Shown here piece by piece: positions 9,251 through 18,448 of a stretch of DNA of 64,000 nucleotides (positions are counted from its first letter, which is position 1; each line of letters starts with the position of its first letter). The DNA is from a virus. Lineage: Duplodnaviria > Caudoviricetes. Under the pieces are notes generated by a model that saw nothing but the letters and a program-made list of their open reading frames with translations, ran no database searches and was not told where the DNA came from. Both the position numbers and the translations under genes were made by a program. The stretch lies in the IMG/VR virus record IMGVR_UViG_3300031760_004865, positions 1 to 64,000 of that record; one strand, 5' to 3'.

Positions 9251-10387
9251 TTAAATCATATATTTTTGAACGAAACTTCTATCAATTTTCTTGAAGATAA
9301 TTTTCTTTGGAGCAAGTGCTTGCTTTGCTAAAGCAATAAGTTTCTTTTGCTCTTCGGCATCTTCAATATCATAATAATAATCTTCATCTATCAGTTGATC
9401 TATATTAATCAAATCAACTGGATAAGTCATCTCACCGTTCTCTGTAATGATATGAGATGGATTAATTGTAAACCAAACACTACTCGGCAAATTAGTATTT
9501 TTGCTAAAGCCCCAAGCACGAAGACACTCTTCTCTATCACTAAATACATCAAGTCTATATGCCGGAGCCTTAAATTCCATACCATTCACTGCGATATAAA
9601 CAATATCAAAATCAGTATCAGTTCTGGCGATATTCAAATCGGCAAGTGTTTCGGCAAGTGTATAACCTTGATTAAGTTCAAAAGTAATTGCTCTCAAATA
9701 ATCATAAGTCATGTATATAGAATTGGCAAGAGTTACGATATTTTCAATTTCATCCCAATATTCAGGATTCAAATTATCAATCATATATTCTCTTACTTCT
9801 TCTGCTTTTGGAGGAAGAATTTCAAAATGATAATGAAATCTACCTGGCCTATCCAAAAGGTAAGCGTTAAGTTTTCTGACTTCATTACAAGTGATAATAA
9901 AAAGTTTCTTTCCACCATCAATGCCGTCAAATAAACTCAACATTTCTTCCTGCGGTTCGTGATGGTCATCATCCTGTCTAAAAGTCTTTTCAAACTCATC
10001 AAAAAGAACAACACATTCCTGTTCGATTGAAGCAAGGAAATCATCAATGCCGGGGATATAATCACTCACTACGACTACTGGATAACCAAGTGCCCCAGCT
10101 TTTTCGGCAAGAACTCTCATAAACATTGACTTGCCAATTCCTTTTTGTCCGCTAAGAATAAGACCAAAATTACGATCTGCTAACTGAAAAGATTTCAAAA
10201 CTTTATCTACTTTTTCAGCATGATTACCGTAGACTTTCTCAGTTACTTTGAAATCATTCCTTGTTTTTAGAAAAAATCCAGTCATTTTATTGAACCCAAC
10301 TTCATAGGCTCCTACTGGAAGTTCGCTATATGTTTTGACACTATCATCATAAATCATATACATACTGCCGCTTTGAACTATATTCAT
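9251..10387 (-). CDS. AAA+ ATPase
   Basis: Walker A GQKGIGKS, Walker B VVLFDEFEK, sensor/Arg finger LLDRPGRF. Confidence 0.85.
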   Translation of the reverse strand: MNIVQSGSMYMIYDDSVKTYSELPVGAYEVGFNKMTGFFLKTRNDFKVTEKVYGNHAEKVDKVLKSFQLADRNFGLILSGQKGIGKSMFMRVLAEKAGALGYPVVVVSDYIPGIDDFLASIEQECVVLFDEFEKTFRQDDDHHEPQEEMLSLFDGIDGGKKLFIITCNEVRKLNAYLLDRPGRFHYHFEILPPKAEEVREYMIDNLNPEYWDEIENIVTLANSIYMTYDYLRAITFELNQGYTLAETLADLNIARTDTDFDIVYIAVNGMEFKAPAYRLDVFSDREECLRAWGFSKNTNLPSSVWFTINPSHIITENGEMTYPVDLINIDQLIDEDYYYDIEDAEEQKKLIALAKQALAPKKIIFKKIDRSFVQKYMI

Positions 10388-10402
10388 CTAATTTCTCCTT
10401 TC

Positions 10403-10633
10403 TTATACTTCTTGAATAGAAAGAGAATCTATTTTACTAAGTGGTATATAATATTCAATAGGTGGGAAATCATCAATTTTCATCCAAAATAAAGGAACAC
10501 CAGTCTCTTTATTCCAACCATATTCTAATGCTATATATGTAGTTGTTTTTTCACCTTGTTCTATTGATATTGAATAATACCTATAATATTTTCCCTTCTT
10601 TGTATACATTTTTCTCTCCTTCTTATTTAACAA
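10403..10633 (-). CDS. Hypothetical protein
   Basis: Short co-oriented ORF; true start probably the second Met. Confidence 0.45.
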   Translation of the reverse strand: MLNKKERKMYTKKGKYYRYYSISIEQGEKTTTYIALEYGWNKETGVPLFWMKIDDFPPIEYYIPLSKIDSLSIQEV

Positions 10634-10634
10634 A

Positions 10635-10706
10635 TGGGAATGAGAAGAATTGAACTTCTATGACCGCGTTATCAGCACGGCATACTCACCATTGTATTAC
10701 ATTCCC
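10635..10706 (-). tRNA. tRNA-Ile(GAU)
   Basis: Cloverleaf; ccgtg-ct-gat-aa-cgcgg. Confidence 0.9.
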
Positions 10707-10711
10707 AAAAA

Positions 10712-11246
10712 CACTCCGAGAGGGAATCGAACCCCCATTTCACAGTTACGTGCTATATTCTTACTTTTCTAACTCCTTTTCAAGAATTTTTTCAATTTCA
10801 TAATCAGAAGCCCAACACATAGTTTTTATAGGAGTTTTAGCTTCAAACCGTAAAGTTTTACTATCACTACATTGATTTACAGGAACTAAATAACCTTGTC
10901 CTTCCCAGCAGGTATAAAAATAATCTATTTCATCTTTTGTATAAGAAACTCTATTTGTTCTGCCGGTTTTAGCATTTCTTGTAGATTGACAAGAAAACAT
11001 TATAGCTTTTCCAACGGTATCTGCTAAATGACTTGTTTTACATTGGACTTTTATAAATTTAGTTCCTAAATCAATAACAAAATCATATCTACAAGGTCTT
11101 ATAGGTTGATTTACAATAAATCCCAATTTAGAAAAATCTATTTGACACTATAGTTCTGTAATTAGTCCTTTTGTAATCGTATCCATATTTTTTCAAAGTA
11201 AGTTATAATACGTATTCGTGTGGTTTATCCATTATCCTACCGGAGT
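10712..11246 (-). tRNA. tRNA-Arg(ACG), interrupted at 36/37 by a 463 nt insert (10748-11210)
   Basis: 5' half actccggtaggataatggataaaccacacgaatacg; 3' half aactgtgaaatgggggttcgattccctctcggagtg; D and anticodon stems slightly imperfect. Confidence 0.75.
10761..11186 (-). CDS. PD-(D/E)XK homing endonuclease inside tRNA-Arg, 141 aa under code 15
   Basis: MDTITKGLITEL[TAG]CQ aligns with KGLITELQCQ of the Thr-insert paralogue; PCRYDFVID...KVQCKT. Confidence 0.85.
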
Positions 11247-11466
11247 ATAAGGGAAATCTGCGCCAACAGATTCCCCCAGGGCCGTAATATAATTGGCGTT
11301 ATATACGGTTTTCGTGTTTATCGGGAAAACACCGACTTAATTTCATCCCCAGTGGAATGATTTTAAGCCAAACCCGCACGCGCGTACCTCTCAACTCGTA
11401 TTCTACCTCGCCTACTATGTAGGGCGTGTCCTACCCTTCGTACTAATATAGACGTTTTTGAGAGAG

Positions 11467-11539
11467 CGTTCCCGAGAGGACTCGAACCTCTAATCCCAGA
11501 CTTAGAAGGACTGTGCCTTATCCCTTAGGCTACGGGAAC
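11467..11539 (-). tRNA. tRNA-Arg(UCU)
   Basis: Cloverleaf; cagtc-ct-tct-aa-gtctg. Confidence 0.9.
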
Positions 11540-11543
11540 AGCT

Positions 11544-11936
11544 TCATATATGATATTTATGAAAATCGTATTGCCACTCTTTATTATCTTTTGGGCCATC
11601 GGCATAAAATAACTCTTCGTCATTTACTTTTTCCGAATAGACAGTAATTGTATCTTTTCCATATAAATATTCAAATTTAGAATAAGTCCGACTTTTACAA
11701 TTCATAAGCGCAGGATCGGAAAGGATTTCTTCATATAATTGCTGAGTAATCATTGATTCATGCACTTTACTATCAGTAACAATTCTGAAAAGATATTTTA
11801 CCTGAACGTTTTCTTTTTCATTAGTTGGCGGCATAATTACCATTGCCATATATAAAGTCTCAGGAACTAATTCAAATTCTACTTCTTGTAAGCTGCGATA
11901 AAAATTCTGCGGCACTTCTTTCAAATACATTAACAT
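11544..11936 (-). CDS. Hypothetical protein
   Basis: 130 aa ORF with GAGG SD. Confidence 0.55.
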   Translation of the reverse strand: MLMYLKEVPQNFYRSLQEVEFELVPETLYMAMVIMPPTNEKENVQVKYLFRIVTDSKVHESMITQQLYEEILSDPALMNCKSRTYSKFEYLYGKDTITVYSEKVNDEELFYADGPKDNKEWQYDFHKYHI

Positions 11937-11949
11937 CTCATTTTCCTCC

Positions 11950-12279
11950 TTATGCTATATATTTATATCCATAATGAGTAAGCAAGTGTTCTATATTATG
12001 TCTTCCTACTGGATTCATTGAATGGATTGAGAAAGCACCAATTTCAATGCCCTTTTCTACAATAAACTTAGCGAAATCATACCCTGTCTTCTCCTGCCCT
12101 AAGTCGTGGTCAAAACTTATATATAAGTCTTCATACCGCATATCCTCATTGAAATTAGCAAGGTAAAAGATAGCATCTTGATATGTTTTTGCTACATAGT
12201 AAGTATCAACTATTTTACAAAAATTCTTAGATGGCTTTCTCTCATCATCAAGCCATAAACCATATTTGAATTGAGCCAT
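11950..12279 (-). CDS. Cyclic-phosphate-processing receiver-like (cREC) domain protein
   Basis: LWLDDER...ISFDHDLG..KTGYDFAKFI...IHSMNPVGRHNI pattern. Confidence 0.75.
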   Translation of the reverse strand: MAQFKYGLWLDDERKPSKNFCKIVDTYYVAKTYQDAIFYLANFNEDMRYEDLYISFDHDLGQEKTGYDFAKFIVEKGIEIGAFSIHSMNPVGRHNIEHLLTHYGYKYIA

Positions 12280-12336
12280 TTTCTTTTACCCCTTTCTCAT
12301 TTACTATATATATTATAACATTTTTTTTATAAAAAA

Positions 12337-13482
12337 TCAACCAAAAACTTCTTCTTCATCTTCATTATTTTCAGTATCATTTTCTTCTTCTTCATCCTCA
12401 GTTTCTTCTTCTTCATCTGAGTATGAAATTTCTTCTCCTGCTAAAGAATCTTCTTCGTCTACCTCTTCTTCAAGATCTGATTCATCATTGATATATTCAA
12501 TGTCATCATCATCTATATTTAATTCTTCATTATCATTATTATTATAATCTTCTTCTTCTTCGTTTTCTTCTTCGGTCCAATAACGTCTCGCACCAGCAGG
12601 TGTTCTGTAATCAACGTCACTAATTCTGATTCCATTCTCAGGATTACTTGCGTGAGTTACTGTGCCGTCGCCGTTATAAATGGTAACGTGACCAATACGA
12701 CCTTCATCATTATAATAATAAAGAATATCCCCTGCTTGTATATCATCTAAATCTACTTCTTCTCCGCCTTCTGCTTGTTCGGCAGCAGTTCTTCCAATAC
12801 TAATTCCCATATCAGAAAATACTGCCTGAGTAAATCCAGAGCAGTCAGCACCATTTGTTAGAGATTCCCCTCCCCAAACATATGGATTACCTACAAATTG
12901 TTGAGCGTATTTTACAATGGAAGAACCAGTTGTATCTCCAGAAGTAGTAGTGGTATGTCTGACTGTTTCGCCAGTTTCTTCATCTTCTTCTTCGTAATAA
13001 TAAACTGTTTCATCTGCTTCTTCATCATAGTAATAATACACTTCGGGCACTTCTTCATCTTCATCATAATAATAAGATGAATCATAGTATGCTTCTTCTG
13101 GAATATCTTCTTCGTCTTCATTATAATAATAACTGTAATTATAATTATCATCATAGTCATCACTATAACTGTAATTATAAAGACTGTCATCTCCGTTATT
13201 ATAACTCTCATTTGAGTCATAAACATGATATTCAAAATCATAGGCGTTTATCCAACCATAAGAATCAAGAGTAATACAAACCTTTGCCCAATCACCTTTC
13301 TTTTCTACGACTTCAATTTCTTGTCCGCCATAGACTTTATCAAAGGTGCGAGATTCTTTATTTGGTTCTGCATGAACTTCTAATTCTTTCGGCCAGATAT
13401 ACGCCGTTACATAATCAGCATATATAGGTGTTGTAAGAGATAGTGTAAATATAAATGATATTATAGTAATTAGTTTCTTCAT
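12337..13482 (-). CDS. Secreted SH3 + NlpC/P60 cell-wall peptidase with acidic low-complexity linkers
   Basis: Signal peptide; SH3-like block; GNPYVWGG..DCSGF...GHV..Y...HAS. Confidence 0.85.
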   Translation of the reverse strand: MKKLITIISFIFTLSLTTPIYADYVTAYIWPKELEVHAEPNKESRTFDKVYGGQEIEVVEKKGDWAKVCITLDSYGWINAYDFEYHVYDSNESYNNGDDSLYNYSYSDDYDDNYNYSYYYNEDEEDIPEEAYYDSSYYYDEDEEVPEVYYYYDEEADETVYYYEEEDEETGETVRHTTTTSGDTTGSSIVKYAQQFVGNPYVWGGESLTNGADCSGFTQAVFSDMGISIGRTAAEQAEGGEEVDLDDIQAGDILYYYNDEGRIGHVTIYNGDGTVTHASNPENGIRISDVDYRTPAGARRYWTEEENEEEEDYNNNDNEELNIDDDDIEYINDESDLEEEVDEEDSLAGEEISYSDEEEETEDEEEENDTENNEDEEEVFG

Positions 13483-13534
13483 CTTAACCTCCTTGTTTAA
13501 GGGAGGGCAGGTAATTGACTAATTGACTGGGTAA

Positions 13535-13609
13535 GGTGGCCGGTGGGACTCGAACCCGCGAACTCCGGTTCCACAGACCGGCGTGTTAACCAACTACACT
13601 ACGGCCACC
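13535..13609 (-). tRNA. tRNA-His(GUG)
   Basis: ccggt-ct-gtg-ga-accgg; G-1 and C73 present. Confidence 0.92.
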
Positions 13610-13708
13610 AAAATTGAGAAAAGAAAGGGCGCTATAAAAACGCCCCATTAATGATTTAAATTATTAGTGATTTTATATATGTATCCCATATAAAATCACC
13701 GAGGGGGG

Positions 13709-14266
13709 TTAGGGCCATTCTCCTAAGGGCTTCCCCAGCTTGCCAACTTCAACATCAGTACAATAAGCGACACCGCCACCGTTTATACTTTCAAAATCTT
13801 CAAAAAGCTCTGCGGCAAGATCCTGATATAGTGTACTGATTACGCCGTGAGGGTCATTCAAATTATCATTGAAGAACTGAACTACGCAATTCTTGAATAC
13901 TACATAGGTAAGAGGGATAAACCAATAACCATCTGCGGCAGGGCAAACACTGTAAGCATAAACCGGACTCTTCTCAAACAAAGTATCAAACAGTTCCTTG
14001 GCAGAAGTGAAAGCACGATTTGAGAACGGGCCATCAACACTAATTTTAAGAGTTACATTGCCAAACTTCTTCTCTTCTGGAAGAACCTTTGTAAGAGCAG
14101 TTGCCTTGTCTCCGTTATTAGTAGAAATTACTACTGAAGGGCCATCACCTTTTGTATTAAAATCTACATTAAGGGCAATCTGTGGGTCAGCATCAAAAAG
14201 TGCTGTAAGTTTATTCACATAAGTTACCCAAGGTGAGGAAATTTTAAGTCTTACTTCATTACTCAT
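13709..14266 (-). CDS. Hypothetical protein
   Basis: 185 aa ORF with AAGGAG SD. Confidence 0.6.
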   Translation of the reverse strand: MSNEVRLKISSPWVTYVNKLTALFDADPQIALNVDFNTKGDGPSVVISTNNGDKATALTKVLPEEKKFGNVTLKISVDGPFSNRAFTSAKELFDTLFEKSPVYAYSVCPAADGYWFIPLTYVVFKNCVVQFFNDNLNDPHGVISTLYQDLAAELFEDFESINGGGVAYCTDVEVGKLGKPLGEWP

Positions 14267-14316
14267 TTTTTTTGTTTCTCCTTTAACTCTTTTTTATTTT
14301 CCTTTTGGAAGAAACG

Positions 14317-14399
14317 CGGAGAAAGGGACTCGAACCCTTGCGACGCTAATGCGCCCTAAGAGATTAGCAATCTCTCCTCTTCACCACTTGAGTATCTCC
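14317..14399 (-). tRNA. tRNA-Ser(GCU)
   Basis: agaga-tt-gct-aa-tctct, long variable arm, G73. Confidence 0.92.
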
Positions 14400-14644
14400 G
14401 CTTATAAAAAAACCACAGACAAGAAAACCAACTTTGAGGAATGATGTAAGTCTCAAGCCTAGAGGGTAAAGAAATCTGTGGGAATATTCTTATCATTACT
14501 AAGAAAAATTATGATATGAAAAAAGGATGCCAACCCAGAGCCTGCCCTGGCGTTATAAAAAGGGAAGGAAACAAAACAAACAAAAGAAAGAGAGATGAGG
14601 GCAGGATTTCCTTCGTTGGGTCTTTATCTCATTATCATAAGAAA

Positions 14645-14717
14645 TGGCTTGTCTTGGTTCTGCCCCAAGCTCCCTGGTTCTTCAGACCAGTGCTTTCACT
14701 AGATTAGCTTACAAGCC
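14645..14717 (-). tRNA. tRNA-Phe(GAA) with atypical T loop GGCAGAA
   Basis: ctggt-ct-gaa-ga-accag; acceptor ggcttgt/acaagcc. Confidence 0.8.
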
Positions 14718-14915
14718 GAGTGCAAGAGTCCCAGATATAACTCTTGCTGAAAGTTTTCTATCGGTAGTAACTTTCAAAATCTACGGGGCAGTACTTTTTG
14801 TTCAGAATCTCGTTAAAGTATCTCCAGAACAAAAATCATCCGTCATAAAAAATTGAGCAAACCTCTGAGCGATTATCTGAGTTATCTGGCTCCTACAGAT
14901 AACCTTTTCTCATAC

Positions 14916-14989
14916 TACCCCTGGAGGGATTTGAACCCCCAAATTTTACATCCTAAGTGTAACGCCTATTCCTGTTCGGCTACAAGGGT
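14916..14989 (-). tRNA. tRNA-Leu(UAG), short variable loop
   Basis: ttaca-ct-tag-ga-tgtaa. Confidence 0.85.
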
Positions 14990-14993
14990 ATTT

Positions 14994-15224
14994 TTATTTT
15001 TCCATAAACTCTTTTACTTCATCTAAAAACTTGTCTACGTTAGGATGTTGTTCAACTTCCATAGTTAAGATTTGTGTCAAATCAAGACTAAATAATCCCA
15101 TAATAGATTTTCCATCAACAACATATCTACCAGAAAGTATATATATAGGAAAATCATAATTGTTACAAATACAACTAAATCTTTTTACTTTGTCAATAGA
15201 ATTTATACTGATACGATAAAGCAT
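14994..15224 (-). CDS. HPr-like phosphocarrier family protein
   Basis: VVDGKSIMGLFSLDL (Ser46 region); no evident His15 motif. Confidence 0.75.
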   Translation of the reverse strand: MLYRISINSIDKVKRFSCICNNYDFPIYILSGRYVVDGKSIMGLFSLDLTQILTMEVEQHPNVDKFLDEVKEFMEK

Positions 15225-15251
15225 TTTGTCCTCCTCTCTTAATTTTCAATC

Positions 15252-15321
15252 AATACACATTTGGAGTCTGTCAACTCCAATTTCTTGAATGGTGACAAAA
15301 TTATTATGCTGTATGTGTATT
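15252..15321 (-). ncRNA. ACAGCA-bulged stem element with non-tRNA cargo
   Basis: aatacacat/atgtgtatt stem, ACAGCAT, inner hairpin ttggagt/actccaa. Confidence 0.45.
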
Positions 15322-15324
15322 AAG

Positions 15325-15849
15325 TGGGCCGTGATGGAGTTGCACCACCCGAGTCCGAAGACAGCAGATTTAATCTTGATCCGAGATTTGAACTCGGTAT
15401 TGATATGTTTGAAATCCTTGATTATTTTTTTGTTGGTTCAAAACGAAGTGAAATTTGTTTTTTATTTCCTGCTAAAAGTAAATCTTTCACAGGAATATTC
15501 CACATATTATATTCATTATCAACACAAAATAAATAATCAAGCTCAGGATGATTAAGAATAGAATCATAAACTTCACCTTTAGTTCCACCAGTAGAAACTA
15601 AATAAATTTCTTTATCTTTTGTTGCTGTTGCTTTACACTGGACGGTGTAAAACTTACTATCTTTCTCAATCACCAAATCATACCACTGAGTGTCATTCAT
15701 CGGGATGGATATTGTATAACCTTTAACTGTAAAATAGTTAATTGCCATACTCAGTCCTAACCTTCCCAATGTTTTACGGTTAATTTCTGTCATATCAAAT
15801 CTCCTATTCAAGCCAGTCTGCCCCGCTACTACTTACGGAATAACAACCC
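15325..15849 (-). tRNA. tRNA-Tyr(GUA), interrupted at 34/35 by a 441 nt insert (15373-15813)
   Basis: 5' half gggttgttattccgtaagtagtagcggggcagactg; 3' half taaatctgctgtcttcggactcgggtggtgcaactccatcacggccca; Tyr-type variable arm. Confidence 0.85.
15422..15793 (-). CDS. PD-(D/E)XK homing endonuclease inside tRNA-Tyr
   Basis: AGGAG SD; GRLGLSMAI...PMNDTQWYDLVIE...TVQCKAT. Confidence 0.8.
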   Translation of the reverse strand: MTEINRKTLGRLGLSMAINYFTVKGYTISIPMNDTQWYDLVIEKDSKFYTVQCKATATKDKEIYLVSTGGTKGEVYDSILNHPELDYLFCVDNEYNMWNIPVKDLLLAGNKKQISLRFEPTKK

Positions 15850-16052
15850 GTGTGGGTGGATTGGACTCTACCGTCCTAGGGCTACCACCAGTCACCCAGG
15901 CTTTTCCTCGCAAGCAAAAACCCCAAACGCAAAACCTAATCAACGCGCTTACAATTAGACTCGACCTTGGCCTTCGGTCTCCTGTTCTTTCACCATCAAG
16001 AACAGTGAAGCCGTTTGATATTGCTTGGTAGCTAATCAAGCGAATATCTAAC

Positions 16053-16126
16053 TGACGGGGCGAGGATTCGAACCTCGGAATGCTGGGATATGAACCCAGT
16101 GTCTTAGACCACTTGACGACCCCGCT
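16053..16126 (-). tRNA. Initiator tRNA-fMet(CAU)
   Basis: ctggg-tt-cat-at-cccag with three G-C pairs; 1-72 mismatch. Confidence 0.88.
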
Positions 16127-16133
16127 ATGAGTG

Positions 16134-16484
16134 TCAGATATACTCAAATTTATCATACATCTGACGATATTCTTTAACATGATTATGAGTTACAGTTCCA
16201 ATAAGAGCTTCTTTATCGTGTTCTTCTTTGATATAAATACGAGCTGTATCACTCGTTATTGCTTGCCTACCTTTCGGGCGCGTTAATAATTTAGCACAAT
16301 TTTCAATTCGTTTTGAATCAGTAGTGTTTAATTCCATTCTTCCACCCGCGGCAACTACTACAAAAATAGGTTTGCCATTTTCAAACACAGGTTTTGTTTT
16401 AGAAATATTACCAAACCATTTCACCGAATATTCTTCATATACATCAGAAACAATCAAATGAGTTTTTAGCATTACTTCTGACAT
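16134..16484 (-). CDS. Hypothetical protein
   Basis: 116 aa ORF coupled to the upstream ORF. Confidence 0.55.
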   Translation of the reverse strand: MSEVMLKTHLIVSDVYEEYSVKWFGNISKTKPVFENGKPIFVVVAAGGRMELNTTDSKRIENCAKLLTRPKGRQAITSDTARIYIKEEHDKEALIGTVTHNHVKEYRQMYDKFEYI

Positions 16485-16681
16485 TTTATTTTATCCTCTT
16501 CAATCAAAGATGAAAAGAAATCAAGTATTTCATCATTCATTTCTCTGGTGATTTTTGTTTCGCCCTGCGGCACATGCTTTGTCATATGATTAGGATTGTG
16601 TTCTTTCCAACAGGATAAAGAATGTTTAGCAATTTTCTCAGGATCTTCAAAACTTCTGTTACAAGTAGGACAAATATACAT
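16472..16681 (-). CDS. Small C2H2-type zinc finger protein
   Basis: YICPTCNRSF...IAKH..SC; GAAAGG SD; promoter directly upstream. Confidence 0.6.
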   Translation of the reverse strand: MYICPTCNRSFEDPEKIAKHSLSCWKEHNPNHMTKHVPQGETKITREMNDEILDFFSSLIEEDKIKCQK

Positions 16682-17057
16682 ATCATTTTTCCTTTCATTT
16701 GATATATATATTATATCAAAATTTTTTATAAAAATCAAATTACCGGTCTTTCACCGGTGGTTTTTAGTAGTTCCCTTCTACAATCAAACAGGTTTTACTT
16801 CTCTGTTCCGAAGTTAGAAAGAGAGGGTTTCTGTCGGGAGTGCAGTTTCAATCACTCGCATCCTTGATGGGTTCAACGACTCGTAACTGGGGTAGCTTAC
16901 GCGGATTTGTATAGTCGTTTGGCACTAGGACTTTCACCTTGTTAAGTTACGTTCTCAATACTATACTTACCGCCGCCCACTGTGGTGTCTCCCCACTGCT
17001 TCCCATCGTACAGGCTTTATTTTCTTCTCCGGCTTTTAATGCTTGCCTACCGACAAA

Positions 17058-17180
17058 TTATGCGGGTAAGGATTTGCACCTTACATGATTGAAATTTCTC
17101 GCCTTACTTAGCTTATTGCAAATCACATAAGTAAGGAATCATCTTACGCAATATACGTCTACCTATTCCGCCACCGCATA
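17058..17180 (-). ncRNA. tRNA-Leu-like RNA with degenerate anticodon arm and about 50 nt branched variable region
   Basis: tatgcgg/ccgcata acceptor, Leu-type D loop gcggaataggtagacg, gtaagg-tgcaaat-ccttac; inner hairpin ccttactta/taagtaagg. Confidence 0.6.
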
Positions 17181-17250
17181 CAGTCTTACCGATTCGAACG
17201 GCTCCTATCCTTTTCAGGGGATCGCTGCTATCCTCTACACCACAACTATA
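17180..17250 (-). pseudogene. Degenerate tRNA (Phe-like GAA)
   Basis: ccg-ttcgaat-cgg T arm; anticodon loop not 7 nt; weak acceptor. Confidence 0.4.
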
Positions 17251-17252
17251 AA

Positions 17253-17325
17253 TAGCCCGTGCGAGAATCGAACTCGCGTCTCCGGCTTGAAGGGCCAGTG
17301 TCACTTACCGCTAGACTAACGGGCC
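17253..17325 (-). tRNA. tRNA-Glu(UUC)
   Basis: ctggc-cc-ttc-aa-gccgg. Confidence 0.9.
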
Positions 17326-17446
17326 AAATATGCCAGTTTAAAACTGGCAGATCTTTTTGATGTCTAAAATAAGGAAAAAAGATCTAAAACCTCATAGTCC
17401 ATCACTTTATTTTACCCAGGAGGATTGGACGGCCTCCTGTATATAG

Positions 17447-17527
17447 CGCTCGCGGTTGGACTTGCACCAACTTCCTCATAGCAGTATCCTCAATTAAGGC
17501 GCCCTCTTATTTGGACTTACTATGAGC
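17447..17527 (-). pseudogene. tRNA-like element, isotype undetermined
   Basis: gctcata/cgcgagc acceptor-like stem and gttgg-tgcaagt-ccaac T arm; no canonical anticodon loop. Confidence 0.4.
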
Positions 17528-17640
17528 GGGTTACTCATACTCCGCACACGGCATATATAATGCCGATTTTGTTTTGGGAGATTCGGCAAACTCCTCATCT
17601 ATATTAGCCCAATGGACTGTACCTCACTTTCGTAAGATTT

Positions 17641-17775
17641 TTACTGATTCATATTGTAAGATTCAACAGTTACAGTTCCAAACCGCTCTTTGATGAACTC
17701 AACATCCTTATAGGATCTCACAAAGGTCATATGGCGTCTCTTGTCATCATCTACGTAATAAACAACATACATCAT
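17641..17775 (-). CDS. Small hypothetical protein (44 aa)
   Basis: AAGGAG SD, promoter upstream, MMYVVYYVDDDKRRHMTFV... Confidence 0.5.
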   Translation of the reverse strand: MMYVVYYVDDDKRRHMTFVRSYKDVEFIKERFGTVTVESYNMNQ

Positions 17776-17874
17776 AGGCTTTTCTCCTTTTCTTTATGAG
17801 TTCTTTATTTATCTTACATATATATTATATCAAAAATTTTTATAAAAATCAAATCAAAGAACTTTTTAGTTCAG

Positions 17875-17948
17875 TACTTCTGGTAGGATTCGAACCTACA
17901 ATTTTCTGGGTTTGAGCCAGTTGCGTCTGCCGGTTGCGCCACAGAAGC
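17875..17948 (-). tRNA. tRNA-Leu(CAA), short variable loop
   Basis: actgg-ct-caa-ac-ccaga. Confidence 0.85.
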
Positions 17949-17952
17949 ATAA

Positions 17953-18025
17953 TGGTGATTATAGGACTTGAACCTATGGCCCCCTGCTTGTAAGGCAGAT
18001 ACTCTCCCAGCTGAGCTAAACCACC
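17953..18025 (-). tRNA. tRNA-Val(UAC)
   Basis: Canonical cloverleaf. Confidence 0.93.
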
Positions 18026-18034
18026 AGAAGAAAA

Positions 18035-18107
18035 TGGAGTCGGAGGGACTCGAACCCTCTACCTCTTCCTTGCAAGGGAAGCGCTCTCCCAGGTGAGCTA
18101 CGACCCC
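18035..18107 (-). tRNA. tRNA-Ala(UGC)
   Basis: Canonical cloverleaf with G3-U70. Confidence 0.93.
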
Positions 18108-18322
18108 AAAAATAAGGAACCAATGCAGGCATCAGCCCCTCGGAAAACCTTGCGGTTTTTGATCCAAAATGCCCGATATTGCGAACTTGGCTCGGGCAGG
18201 CCGACTCATTTAATTTCTCCTCTTCCTTTTGGAAGGGATCTGTCGCTGTGACGTAACAGCGAATCCCCTGGCTCATACGTCCTAACGGGCGGGTCCACCC
18301 AAATAAAAGCATTACTGCTTCA

Positions 18323-18394
18323 CGGGACGGCAGGGATTCGAACCCCGATAGTCAGGTTAACAGCCTGAAGTCCTCACCGTTGGACGACCGCCCC
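18323..18394 (-). tRNA. tRNA-Asn(GUU)
   Basis: tcagg-ct-gtt-aa-cctga. Confidence 0.92.
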
Positions 18395-18448
18395 AGATCT
18401 GGTAAGTTGAGTTTAACGTCCCAGGCACTTACCAAGCCACTGGACCAA

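Noticed and set aside
15373-15430. Frameshift near the end of the Tyr-insert nuclease (A7 run; one A fewer would add about 19 aa)
   Set aside because: Cannot distinguish a real stop from a homopolymer error, and the catalytic core is complete either way
16755-17052. RNase P RNA
   Set aside because: GAAAGUCC, ACAGAAA and GGUGAAA-like words occur, but in the wrong order and without the 3' P4 strand
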